A DNA stretch of 64,000 nucleotides from Botryllus schlosseri (lineage: Eukaryota): positions 25,484,001 through 25,548,000 of the forward strand of contig CM119372.1 in NCBI GenBank assembly GCA_051294905.1. Direction: 5' to 3'. Position numbers and translations under genes: made by a program. Shown here piece by piece: positions 42,172 through 55,724 of this stretch (within the stretch, counting starts at the first letter, position 1; every line of letters begins with the position of its first letter). The notes under the pieces were generated by a model that did no database searches, had not been told where the DNA came from, and worked only from the letters and a program-made list of their open reading frames with translations.

Positions 42172-45030
42172 TTTAACTGAACTGATTTAGATACAATTTA
42201 GATAAATTTATCAATGATTAATAGCTTTACTACTTTTTAGCCCAAGTGTCGACTATACTTCGCCCTTTTCCGGTACGCAATAAATGCTGCCTTCCCCACA
42301 GCTTATTCCAGTGGCGGCTCGTGACAATATCGGGTGGTGGGGCAAGGGCTGCGAGCGACTTTTATCAACATGACGTCACAATGGCGTTTTCCAACGTAAA
42401 AAAGTAACTTTATGATGGTCACATGAATTTCCCGACAACAGTGATTTTAACGTAGGTGCCGCGAGAGGTTTGCCGGTGAGCCGTGACTTGAAGTGTGGTA
42501 ACAAATGTTTTATTCATTTATTTTTAATCAAAGGATTATTTTACAAAATGTACGTGAACTAAGAATCGTCCCTATGCCACGAATCAAGTATCAGGTCATC
42601 CTTAGTAGCATGCGTTTTGATTTCATGGTAGAGTTATAGATTACGCAAATCGATAGACCCTAAAATCCGACCGTCACCCCAAATTCGAAATCCGGATCCA
42701 GTCCGGCCAGGTAAAAAAACATTGAAATCCTGCTCCGGCTCCTGAACCGGACTGTGGCCATCTCTGGTTACGACCACGTGATAATAGGCAACCAAAGCGG
42801 AGGCACCCGGCGTACGATTGGATCAATAGACTGGACAACTTCTAGACCTCTCATTTTCGCTCTAAAGGCAACTGCGTAAACTACGTACGGAATAAAGATT
42901 CAATACGATTCATGTTCGCACTTGACTTGACCTGACTAATTCCAATGACTAGAACTCGAGAGATTGCGTAAGCCTAACTGGAAAGGTCAACGAGTTCGGA
43001 CACATACGCAATTGTTATCTCATAGATTGGGCCTGTTATATTGAATCCAGAAGATCAATTTGAATGGTCTTTGAAGAACTAAGGACAGCAGCCTCGGAAC
43101 TTCGGTCTCGGAACAACGTAGGACATTTTGGCCTTGAAACTGGAGACTGTGACACAACACATACGGCTTACTGTCTATAAGTCTGCTGCGAAATCGCCGT
43201 TGGAAAATATATTAATCAATAAATACATGAATAAAAGCCGTAACTTAGTATACTGTTACAAGAAATCATCGAGAAGTAGCATACGCAATCTCATAACCCA
43301 TTCCGGTATGGTACACTGTCAAAATCAATGCAAACAGACGAACACCGAACTTTGAGTAAAATAGATCGAGGCATAGGCTGATCGAATGATCAGCTGTTAG
43401 CCGACATCGAAAATGAAATAGCTATCGCAATTGACAGGGGATTGTAAGCAAATGGTTTGAAGGCCACAATTTCACAGTGAAATGGACATTGGCGAACATA
43501 AAATTATGTGAATATTTGAATGCAAACCGAGAATCTTGGTTAGCTGTTTCATGCGATCATCGAGATATACCATTGGAAATATCATCACCGATCTCGTTAT
43601 GGAACGCAGACTATAGATTAGCACAGACCGACACCGGCTTTTGCGTGAGATCCGCAATGACGTAGGTAGGCTAAGTATTAGATCAGCGCGCATCTCTACC
43701 ATACTCGACCTCGAAAACGAAATAACTGCCTCAATCATTGAGTGTCAACTTTAAGACTTGGCACCGCGTTCGATACTAAAATCAAGACATACCGTGTGAA
43801 AGCTCATGACAGATCTAGGTATGGAACATCGTTAAAATCAATAGAGACCAATAACGGCTTTTGCGTAAATTTGTTGGCGATAAATGAAGAGTCAGCTCTT
43901 ACTCGACTTTGGAAACGAAATTACCACCCACATAGTTCAGTGACAAACTTAAAACTTGTTACAGCGGTCGATACTAACACTTACCGTGCCAAATGTCATG
44001 ACCGATCTGGGTATAGAACATCGTCAAAATCAATGGAGACCAATACCGGCTTTTGAGTAAAATCTGTTTGCTGTACTATGTACAATTGTACAATGTACAT
44101 GATAGATCTAGTACTGTAGAATTTGGTCTAAAAATGGGTCAACCTAGAAAAAATTCTTATAAAGACATATGATATACCGTTGGAAAGGTAATTTTATCAG
44201 CTTTTCAATGATAGGTTTTGTCATTTTTTTCACTTTGGTGAAAAAAAGTTATGACCAAAAACGTGCGAACCGGTAGAAATTGAAATTAGGGAAAAAATTG
44301 ACATAAACATATGAACAAAAGGCTAGAAACTAATGAATTATCAACAGAAGAGCAGGATATAGATGCAGAAGCTATAAATGAAAATGACAGTAGAATGATA
44401 TATCTGTTTCAGGGAGAAAGAGTGAGCAAGACGGGGTGGGGGGGACGTTGGGGGAGGGGGGCACCAGTAGAGCTGTCGTTGTTCGTTATAACTTCATTCT
44501 GTTATTTCTTATAAAGACGTATGATATACCGTTGGAAAGGTAATTTTATCAGCTTTTCAATGATAGGTTTTGTCATTTTTTTTACGTTGAGGGAAAAAAG
44601 TTATGACCAAAAACGTGCGAAGGGGTAGAAATTGAAATTAGGGGAAAAATTGACATAAACATGAACAAAGTGCAAGAAAGTAATGAATTATCAACAGAAA
44701 AGCAGGATATAAAGCCGGATATATATGCAAAAGGAATATATGAAAATAAAATAGAATTATATATCTGTTTCAGGGAGTAAGACTGAGCAAGACAGGGGAT
44801 GGGGGGGGGGGGCGCAAGTAGAGCTGTCGTTGTCCGTTATAACTTCATTATGTTATTGTTTACTTACTATAGTCTGTTTCATTTACCTTGCTTGTTTTTC
44901 AGATAGTGCTTAGTCAAAAAATAAACCAGCAGTTTGTGTTAAGTGTAGAAAAGGCTATCGTACTGGAGATTCACTGTGTCATTCGGGAGCTCATTTCTGC
45001 GAGAGTGATAGTACCACACACTTTTTAGAC

Positions 45031-45461
45031 TAGGGTTGCATTTAAAACAAAAATCAATTAAAAATGAACATACTTAAAACAAGGCCCTAATTTAAAACAT
45101 GTTTTTCATTGGTTTTTTGTTTTTAAGCCATGGCGTCATGAATATTGAATTGTGACGTCATAATGGATATAAATTGATATAGGGTAAATATAGCCCCTTT
45201 GACAAAATATCTGTACTACAACTGTTGAACCGACTATTTTTTAGGGTTCCAACCATCCCAACGATATACGTCGGCTAAATTTGGTGGTAATTGTCCGTGT
45301 GCTCATACAACATGTTTTTGGAAAGTATTTACACAATTCACAATTATGGCATAATTTTATAACTTGAAAAAAAATACAATTTTGTTTTTTAATAAGGCTT
45401 TCGTTTAAAATATGTTTAAAAAAAGTGTTTCAAAACACCGTTTGTTTTAAATGAAACCCTA
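45031..45461. mobile_element. MITE (TAGGGTTGCATTTAAAAC TIR)
   Basis: Inverted ends. A truncated sister copy lies at about 18019-18270. Confidence 0.6.
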
Positions 45462-46833
45462 CTTTAGTTAGACACTATAATTGGTCATGCTTTGAAACTG
45501 AATTGTGAAACGCTGATCACAACTTTTCAGAAAAATTAAGAAAATGGCCATAAGACCTACAGTACATCCACACACCATGCCGTAATTTATTGAGAAACCA
45601 TGCGAGATCCAAGAAACGTTTGTGGAGGCTTTATCGAAAATTCGTATTTCTTCTCTGGCAAATATTTTCTCTCTGAGAAATGTTATTTGACCTGTTGGGT
45701 TCAGATTGCCACGATAGAATAATTAGACACGAGCCATCTAGGCAGCTATGGAAAATTAGATAGGCTTATATTTATTTCGAAGTTCCCGGTCGACATAAGG
45801 GCAATCCTTTTCGGCTAAGGTTTTATCGCAGGCGATCTATTGGCACACTTTTCAGAGTACCATATTGGCAAATACTTCGTATGTTTTCGAGCATCGCGGC
45901 GTGGTAATGGTCGACGCCAAAATGCCTATTTTTTATTTTCTATAAATCATGCTTTTTTCGTGGGGGAAGGGTACTCAATAATCAAAAATTTGGCAACATG
46001 AAATCGCGACCAGCGCGAAAAAAATTTGAAAAGAGTTGCATAAATTGTCGATAAGTGATGTATAAATAATTTATGTTCATTCACCGACATAATTTCGGGA
46101 CCCCCAATTGGACGATTTGGGGTGCGGCAGTTACGGTCCTGGTAAGAGGTCAAAGTCCGGTCGCGGTTTTCCTGTTGAGATTTTACTATTGGAAATATTT
46201 TGCGCTTCAATCGCATATATATATATATATTAATTGCATGTGGTATATTCGGGGTCAAATCAAGGTTGTTATAACAGCCATCGGGGAAGGGTTCATACCA
46301 TGTGCTTCGAACCAGATATACGCAATCCGAATTCCCATTTGTGATTGGCAATACGGGAAATTAATTGCATTGGGTTTTGTTTTAGTGCTTTGTGTGTCTA
46401 GTAAATCAACTGGGAATGTCATGGAGATATCTGCCCACATTATTAATTTTAACACGAATGTATCCCAAACAAAGCTCCGCTCCGCGACGATGTTGGCTTC
46501 AAATGATTTCATGAATGTAGTAGACTTAACAGTCCCTAAAGCGCGGTAACTGAATATATTTTCGAATGTTCTACCAATGGGTATTGTGTCATTATAAACA
46601 TTTTGCGTTGCCCGAGAAGATACATGTTGCGATTTCGTATGTAGCCACCTCCGACTAACTGTCGAAAGTATGCGACCACCCTCCCCCCGACCAAATATAC
46701 TTAGATATTTCTGCCACTTGAAGTAGTTTTCACGTGTCCTAAAAATTACTACTTATACTGTTAATTGAGTAGAAAATATAGGGAGTTACTTGTGCTACTT
46801 GAGTAGCAACGCCAATCACTACAAACTATAGTT

Positions 46834-47708
46834 CAGTGGTTCTCAACCAGGGCTCCGCGGACCCCTGACCCCTGGAGGTCCGTGAAGCATTTCCAGGGGG
46901 TTCACGAAGCGAAGCGAATTTACAAAATGGTTGATAAGCTAATTTATATTTTTCAAATTAGGAAAATCACGAGGCAGTTTTGCTTCATTACAGTAGAACT
47001 CACATCAACAGGATGGCTGTCTGAGATTGAATATCCTGCTGTGTGGACTCATTTTAGTTGCTAAATTGCCAATGGCCCACTGATACAAATATTCGACTGT
47101 ATAGAGGTGTTTTGCTGGGCATTGGGTAAAAAATAAATGGTTTGATACATAAAGTCAATCACGGAGACTTTGAAATGTTCGCAAAAATCCGTTTTCTCCT
47201 GTGATATAGGCCTACATAACCATTTCACTAATAACTTCAAGATGAGCTGCTAGATATAAATTAACAGGCTTGACGTTATATGTTCAATAAAAAAATTGTT
47301 TGTCAATTTTGGTGTCATCATTGTTGCGATCATACCCAAATGCGTCGTTGGAACCGTTATGCCTTATTATTACATTCGCCACCGTCTTTCTTTGTCTAAA
47401 TGGATTTTCAGCACTCGTTGATATGAAATCGAAGGTGCAGATTTTAAAGACACGGCCACGTATTTCAAAAAATGAATGCAGTTGAATAATTAGCTTTGAA
47501 ATAATAAAAGTCAACCCAATTTCTACATAAATAGAATGCTGTTATTTTCAAGAAAAGTAATTCTGTTGCTGTTTATCACTAGCATACAGTTATCAGTTGC
47601 ACAAGACAGATGACGATTGTACGATATTTGAGCTCAATTTGAACTAAAACTTGGGGGGCGGGGGGGTCCAAAAGGGGTCCGCGAATACAAAAAGGTTGAG
47701 AACCACTG
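46834..47708. mobile_element. Non-autonomous hAT element (CAGTGGTTCTCAAC TIR)
   Basis: Perfect TIR and a degenerate 8-bp TSD. Same family as 4803-6015. Confidence 0.75.
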
Positions 47709-50003
47709 CTCAAGTTCGTAGTAAAAATATTACGGCAAATCAGAAACCGCCGAAAATGTAAAGCTTTTTAGAACTGGCGTTTAATATTGCAAAACACAAA
47801 CAAAAAGCCTCGATACCATTTAAAAACATATCTGCCTCTATTCAAGTATGGTATTTGGTATTTGTTCACCAGTGTAAATGTATGGGTAGAAAAGAGCTTC
47901 TGATTGGACGATGATAGAGAATCACTGTATTCAAGTTCACCGAAAAACTAACTCACTCATTGTGTATTACAACAACCCAGGTTTCATGATAGATGATTTC
48001 AATACCAATATTTGATCTGTTGCTATTGTATGCTTACCGTGATGTCACTAACGAAAGCTGAAATTTGATTAATTTATGAAAATGAGAAAAATTAATACGG
48101 AAAAATCTGACGTGACCGAGAAATTAAGCACAGAATCGGAGTCAGCAACCATAAATTAGCCTAAATCAATCAATAATATTTTTGACGCTGTTTTTTTTTC
48201 AAAATTCGTAAATCAGTGTTATCTCCGTCTCGGTCAATTTTTGCCCCCTTAACTTATGATAAAACCTCTTAATAAAGTTATGTTTCATTTTTTTGCTGTT
48301 CGATTGTTAGTTTGCTTTACTGAGAGTGATATTCCAAGTTATGGTGTTGTATTCTGTTACGAAGGTGTCGTGTTTTAGTTTATAATTGTATTTTAATGTC
48401 AGACAAAATAGTGCTTTACCCCCTGGAACGTTTTTGGTCATAACTTTTTTTCCCCAAGGTAAAAAAAATGACAAAACCCATCATTGAAAAGCTGATAAAA
48501 TTATCTTTCCAACGGTATATAATACGTCTTTATAAGAATTTTTTCTAGGTTGAGCGCAAATTCTACAGGACTAATCAGCACACACTGAACTTCGGAAACG
48601 GAATTACTACCATTATCTTTAAGTAGCAAGCCTGAAACTTGGAGCAGTGTTCAATACTACCTTCACGACATATCATACCAAGTTTCAAGAATTATCATGG
48701 TGCGAAACACCGTCAAAATCGACCTATACCAGCAAAGGTCGACTCAACGCATATTACGGTAACCGAGTTCAGATATAGATACGATTGTTACATCACACCT
48801 TAGGGGCGAGTAGGCATATTTGCCCCGGTTGCTCGGCCATTTTACGAATAGGAGAGAGTAAATCACCGTTTCTTTATTGTGCGCGGCTTTGAGAGAATAG
48901 ATAGTGAAGGCTTGTTATGAGCGCTACCGGGGCAAGCCCCGGCTAGGCATTCACAAAGCGAAAACACAGAAGAGAATTCGATTTTCGCAGAGACTTCGCT
49001 ATGTATGGGCGTTTGCAAGCGAAAGCACAAGAAGAACGCGGGTTTCGCTGTGATCTCGGTATATATTGATTGCTGTGCGTCTATAAATGGTTAAATTGTT
49101 ATTGAACAGAATTTTAGGTGGGGCAATGCCCCAGTTGCCCTATAGGACGAGCCGCCACTGGCTTATTCAGCTGGCTAGACGGCAGAAACCTGGTGCTGCT
49201 GTTTACTACTAAAAGACGTCCACTGCGATAGCTTGGTAGGCCTACAGCCGAAACCACTATACCACTCGCTGCCCTAGCTATCTTACCCCTTAGAACTCAA
49301 ATCCTGTGGTGTATACGCCACAGGAGTACCTTTCACATAGGCGCCGACTTTTATTTTACATGGGGTGGCCAGATGAAAAAAGGGAGGGGTTTGAAAAAAA
49401 GGGCGGGGTTTGAAATTATTTCAAATTTACGAAGTCAGCATCAATTTATTACGGTTATCTACATGCGTAAATGCTCATAATACATGGATTGGACGAGCTT
49501 CATCGTGTTGACGAATTTACGCGTATAAGTGCGCGTAAGCTTGCCAGCGAGTCCAGAGGTTAATTAGCGATTCCTCGATCTCGCTCCAATATCTATACAA
49601 TTCACCAACACACGCACGCGAACAATTGAAAAATACGCAACCTCGGTGACGACGAACAATTTCACAAATTAATACGATTGAAGCTTGCTGTGGAATCTGT
49701 TCTGTAATGGCACCGATTACAGGTGATTCAGGCCTTTCGTATCTTTTGATAACTCGACCTCAACACATACATATCTTCTGATGTTTTAGTATTAGCGCTA
49801 ATCAATTACGTCTGATAGAACCTGTTCTTGGCCAATTGCGCAGATTCATAGTTATTCAATTTTACGCGGTCAGTCTGAAGCCAGTATTACAGTACAATCG
49901 CATAAGTAGAGAAAAGAGATAGCAGGAAAATCATGCGAGGCTTGAAGCAGTCGCTATAGTTTAGACTAGCGTAGTTATGACATGCGCCAGTCCTGCTGTA
50001 GAC

Positions 50004-51374
50004 CAGTGTTGGGATCAAGTCACTAACTTCGAGTCACGAGTCATTTCGAGTCATTGCAAATTTTGACTCGAGTCAAGTCAAGTCAATCGATTTTTGAAGG
50101 TGACTCGAGTCGAGTCAAGTCACTCGTTTTTGGAGATGACTCGAGTCAAGTCAAGTCAAGTCACGAGTCAAGTCACACGTCACAATTCAAGTCAAATTGA
50201 AATTTCGAAGTATAAGTGATCATTCGAAGTCAATACATTTTGCTAGATGCGTTAAAGACAGATTAATTGGCCGCTTTTCTTGAATAAAATAACGAATATA
50301 AAACTAAATACACATGCAAAAATGCGTTGTATCGCTCACGCACACGTAGAACTGCTAATAAAATTCGTCAATAACTGTACATGTATAGCTACATCAGGGG
50401 TATCAAACATACGGCCCGCCAAATGTTTTCATTGGGCCGCGAAACAATTCAGAGTAGACATTTAAAAAAATCTTGTATTTTATGCAGCACATTTCTCGAA
50501 TTTGTAGTAACAAATACTTCTCATAAATATTCCTTCAAAATAGCAAATGTCGAGTATGTTCATAGGCCACATTATTACCACCCGACAGCGCAGTTGTGAT
50601 TTCTATAGAAATCGTCAGGCGCAAATCGCTGACATTGATACCCAATTCCGAGAATGCGAAAAAGTGCATATATTGAGTTAAGAGTTGCTAATATTTTGGC
50701 ATCATTGGACTGGTGCGGCCCCGCGAGTGAACTTAATGTTTGAATTCGGTCCGTGACATCAGTTGAGTTTGACAACTCTGCGCTACATGCTTCATTCTGT
50801 TACTATCAGCCAAAATAGAGGATCGAATACCAAGCCTCGAGAAGTTGAAAGAAATTGATATCGTACAATGCACTACCAACATCTACACATCCGCGAAAAT
50901 ATATACGCATAAACTATATTCGTTCGATTTAAATCATACAAGAGGGTTGGTAAAGTTGGGTGCTGTGCCGTGTAAGGACAGAGCCTTAATAGATTAATCT
51001 AATACTACCGTTACGACAGCGCAGGCGGTGATCATTTCGTTTGCGGTCAGTTTATTTGTGATGTAACAATTGATGATGATTGAAATGTGCAATCAGTTAA
51101 CGACTGGTTGCTCTCACAAGTGACAGCGGCGTATCGCGAATAATAATCTGAACATGCACAAAATACAGTGATTTGATCGACGCGGTTTACTTGATGACTT
51201 GAAATTGACTCGTAGATTTTGCTCCGAGTCACGAGTCAATCTGCATTTTTGAAGCGCCGAGTCAAGTCAAGTCAAGTCATTTTTGCAACGTGACACGAGT
51301 CAAGTCAAGTCATACGAAAAAGTTGACTCGAGTCTGACTCGAGTCAAGTCATGACTCGAGTCATCCCAACACTG
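50004..51374. mobile_element. hAT-type MITE (CAGTGTTGGGAT TIR, GAGTC/AAGTC arrays) with nested MITE 50395-50780
   Basis: Perfect TSD CTGTAGAC. The inner element CAGGGGTATCAAAC...GTTTGACAACTCTG has TSD AGCTACAT/CGCTACAT. Confidence 0.85.
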
Positions 51375-51674
51375 CTGTAGACTCGACAGTTTAGGCTGGT
51401 AACGATATCAGGCCTGGCCTGGTGCACCTGATAGTTCAATAGCTCATGCCAGCGACTATAGCGTGCAGGCCTACACCTACAGGCGGACGCGCTAAATCAA
51501 ACAAGAGACGATAGCGCACATCAGATATCAATGACCCATTTCGCATACAAATGATTCCCGCTAATTTGCAGTACGCAGCATCGATAATACGAAATAGTGA
51601 ATTGGCATTTCAACAGGACGGGATTTCTAGTTTTAAATGAGAAACTCGCTGGCTACGCACCTGAGTTTTAATAC

Positions 51675-51994
51675 TAGGCTTACCATACGTCCTCTTTTAA
51701 GAGGATTTGTCCTCTTTTTTGACTTTTTTGAAAGTGTCCTCGGAGGACGCCCTTTTGTCCTCTTTTTTGAGATTTTGTCCTCTTTTTTAGGATTTAGAGC
51801 AGATTTAGAGCAAATTGCGAGTGATATGCCACATAATAGCACAGACCTTTTTTTTTTTTTTTTTTTTTTTTTTAGTCAACCGATCACAAAGGGGGTAAAA
51901 TTAACCGATTTTTGAGAATTTCACTCCGGTTTTACAAGTTGCAAATTTCTGAAAAAGTGTCCTCTTTTTTGATTTTCAAAATATGGTAAGCCTA
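51675..51994. mobile_element. hAT-like MITE (TAGGCTTACCAT TIR)
   Basis: Perfect TSD TTTAATAC. Confidence 0.85.
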
Positions 51995-52957
51995 TTTAAT
52001 ACCGACAACGCGCTGGTTAATATCAGCCCGGGTCCTACGTAGGTCCCGATCAGCCAGTCGAATTTGATCGGGAAATGGTGCGAATTTAATTATCCAGGTG
52101 TTATTGCAGCAAGAGCAATATGGGCGCATGCCGCAACCTAATCATTAGAAATACAAGTCCCGATTGTCTGAAATTCGATCCGCGATATGGTTGCGCCCTA
52201 TAGGGCCCGTCCAGCAATGAAGTCTATTGGAACATAGAAGGTTCCCGCTCAAACTAATCCAATAAATTCAGAATTTCCGCCACCGAGAATCTCTTGTTGC
52301 ATCAATATTTGACAGCGTAATTCAACGCCGTGCACTGCACAATGCGTATTGTTAATAACAAATCAAACACCGACAAGTGTCATAGAGGGAATACGAGTGT
52401 ATAAAGCAGAGAAGAACTAGTAGCCTAGAGATGTTAGAAAACGAGAAAGCGCGCATCTAATCAGTAATTCCTCAACTTGCGTACAGCACAATGGTGTTCC
52501 GAGTCCGACATCGCGACAATAGACACTTACGTGACCTTTGACACGGACCAATCAGGTTGCAGCAGGATGTAAACAAAGATCAAGCCCGGGCAAACTTACA
52601 ATGAGCTCTTATGGAGAAAGGTTGAAAAATGAAGATATTTAGCAAAATGACATTGAAATTGGGATAGCTGGCTTTGATGAATGTTAATAACGTATAGCTA
52701 GTATGTATTTACAGTGTTCTAACCCAGAATAAACATGAATGGTGGCAAGCACGCATAAGCATGGCATGTCCAAATTAATGGATTTCTAACAACGCTAGGA
52801 TGAAGCAACTATTGCTGTATTATCCTTAGTCGTATGCAATACTATAAGATTTTCGTACCGAATAGCATGTATTAGAGGAATCTTGAGACAGGATAGGTGG
52901 GGTATTCATTACGTGTGCTCGGTGTTATATGTGTTCTATTTATAGAATCGTATATGG

Positions 52958-53474
52958 CAGGGTTGTAATGACTCGACTCGAGTCAGTCTCGAGTCACGAT
53001 TTTCTGAGGACTCGAGTCATTTTCTCAAAATACGGAAATGGCTCGACTCGAGTTATTGCGCATGACTCGAACCAAAGTCATATGACTCAAGACTCAGACG
53101 GCCAAGACCGACATTTCATTGCGATTTCGAAGAATAGTAAAGGAACCAACCTATTGGGATTCGGTCGATTGGTACTATAGTACTTGAAAATGCGACCAGA
53201 AACTGTTAAAAGTGAGGAAAATTAGTATATTATAAATGGAAACCATTCGATATCACCAAACAGAGGTATAAAAGTGGGTTTAACAAGACTTTAACTGGAA
53301 ACTGAGCAGTCAGCACAATGACTTGGACTCAAGTCATAATACCATGACTCGGACTCGAACCTCTGTTCGATGACTTGGACTTGACTCGGTGGTGAATTGA
53401 AAATGACTCGAGTCAAAACTATAAAAGTGAGATTGACTTCTGACTCAGAGCCTTGTGACTTGGTTACAACCCTG
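52958..53474. mobile_element. hAT-type MITE (CAGGGTTGTAA TIR)
   Basis: Perfect TSD GTATATGG. Confidence 0.85.
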
Positions 53475-55384
53475 GTATATGGTATAGTCCAGTCTGTATC
53501 ATTATCTAGCAAATTACTGTTACACTGGGCACTTGTCTGCATATTCAATAATCAACATATTAATATAATATATGTTAGGGAACATGATCCGTTCCCAGCT
53601 GAAATCGTCATTTTCTGCTCTAGCTCGTGTATTGAATCAATCAGGTTAAATGCCGCATAAACACTGTGCTAATAGCCTGTGTAACTTGGAGATTGCTACC
53701 CAGACCGTTCCTGGTGTGCGCTTGTACCTTTCCTAGAGCCGATAACATGCACGGAAGAATGTGAAATCTGGATAAAGGCATGTGGACTTTCTATAGCCAT
53801 CTGAATTCTCATTTTATTAATAAAATGATGTATGCATTATTGTACCAAAAATATTGAATCGTCACATTTAGACACAATTTTGCGTTTCAAAATGAGTCCA
53901 AACTGAAACTAGGTGTGTGTCATATTATTCCACTCCAGTGCTTGATGGTGTGCAATGGATTGAAATTGTTGAAAGCAATATATTCAATAATGAGATGGAT
54001 AGTTGATGACATTGGTAGAGGTCGACATGAGTCGGATGAGTACGCCTTGATAGGTGCCTGCACAGCAGTGTTGCTCTGTAAAATAAACAATAAACATATT
54101 ATATATTTTGTGCAGGCTTGATGGATATCTTCTATGAAGCTGCAGAAAGAGGAAGTTGATGGATAAAACGCAAGAAAATCAAATTTCTGGAAGAAGTATA
54201 GAAGCACAAAACAGGAAACTCGTCCAAGAAAATTACAAATTGACGGACAATTATTGCTAGTGAAGTTCAGCTCTCATAGCACCATAGTGTCAAAAGATGT
54301 GGAGAAGCTGATGAAATTACATACTGGACTACATTAAATTCTTTCTGAATTGCCCGACTTATCCTACTGAAGTCAAATTTCTATCATTGTAGTAAGTATA
54401 GTGGTAAACCATTGGGTGAACTGTATGTAACTGCTTCATGAAATTTCGATTTGGCTATGTAAAGATGTGGTTCTTAAAAATGCACCATTTGCATTCATTC
54501 GTGAATTCTCAAATCTAGAATGATTATTGACTGTAATGAACTGATTAAGAAAAAAACGCCCTGCTCATTGCGATTACATTCACAATAAAATTACATACAA
54601 CTTTAAAAGGATTGATGGATTGTGGTGCACTAACTTTTGTGCGAGAACTATTCACATGGAGCTATGGTGCACCAAGAGATGCTACCATGGCAGAAAAGGG
54701 ATTTGCCATTGAGTCTGAAATCAAGAAATTAAATCTAGATTTTAATATTCCTGCACATGATTGCCACACACCGTCAAATGTCAGGGCCAAACTGTTCCAC
54801 AACAAGAAAGATGGCGAGACATCGTATTCATATTAAACAACTGATCGGAAGAATCAAGGAGTATAAAATTTTGTCCGTTGTCATATTATGCAACATTGTG
54901 TATCAACTATGGACTAATTGGCTTACTCTAATTCAAGATTAAAAATTAAAAATGAATGACGCAACATATTTGGCAATTGTGCAAATTCAGTTCCATTGCG
55001 AATATTGTAATGCCTAATAGCATGCTACAGATCCTAATTGCGCGGTTCCATGGTCATTGTGTACCAACAGTGCATGTCTATTCGTTCCAGTGGTGTGCAT
55101 TGAATCTCATTTAGATGCCCAATTTGTTGAATGAACATTTTTCCAGGTGCAGATGCTGTAGGATTATTTGCGTGGGTGAAATGTTATGAACCCGAAGACA
55201 CTAGATACACCAAAATCTACCTTGAGGCAGGAGTTGATGGGTAGCGAGTACGGTCGAGAGATGGCTTGGCAATCACGATGGAGCTCACTGATGATGATGC
55301 AAATCACAATGTATGTCTTTCAGCCCTTGTAGCTTCAGGTGTTGGAGCGTCTTAATCCATGCATATACATGAGAGCATATATCA

Positions 55385-55724
55385 TAGGGTTACCATATTT
55401 TGGAAATCTGAAAAGAGGACACTTTTTCAGACTTGCAAAACCGGATGAGAATTCTCAAAAATGGTAAATTTTTCCTACTTTGTGGGCGGTTGACCAAAAA
55501 AAATGTCAATTTTCTCGCCAGCGACCAAAATACTGTTTTTTCCTTCACTTGAGCAGGTGCATGGCATCTCAGTCGAATTTGCTATGAATATGACCAAAAT
55601 TCTCAAAAACGGGGACAAAATCTCAAAAGAAGAGGACAAAAGGGCGTCCTCCGAGGACACTTTCAAAAAAGTCAAAAGAGGACAAATCCTCTTAAAAGAG
55701 GACGTATGTCGTATGGTAACCATA
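55385..55724. mobile_element. hAT-like MITE (TAGGGTTACCAT TIR)
   Basis: Perfect TSD ATATATCA. Confidence 0.85.

Larger units (their letters stand above)
44111..48571. mobile_element. Long-TIR element with TA flanks (Tc1/mariner-like) containing a ~350-bp tandem duplication
   Basis: Ends TA|GTACTGTAGAATTTG...CAAATTCTACAGGAC|TA, with ~130-bp inverted arms. The block 44155-44510 is repeated at 44508-44860. Confidence 0.65.
42309..49160. mobile_element. hAT-type element (CAGTGGCGGCTCGT TIR)
   Basis: Perfect 14-bp TIR and perfect 8-bp TSD GCTTATTC. Confidence 0.88.

Noticed and set aside
45947..46549. ORFs of 134 and 158 aa as a transposase or cargo gene
   Set aside because: I could not identify convincing catalytic motifs by eye.
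50030..51370. GAGTCAAGTC repeat arrays as a novel repeat system
   Set aside because: They are subterminal repeats of hAT-type MITEs bounded by TIRs and 8-bp TSDs.
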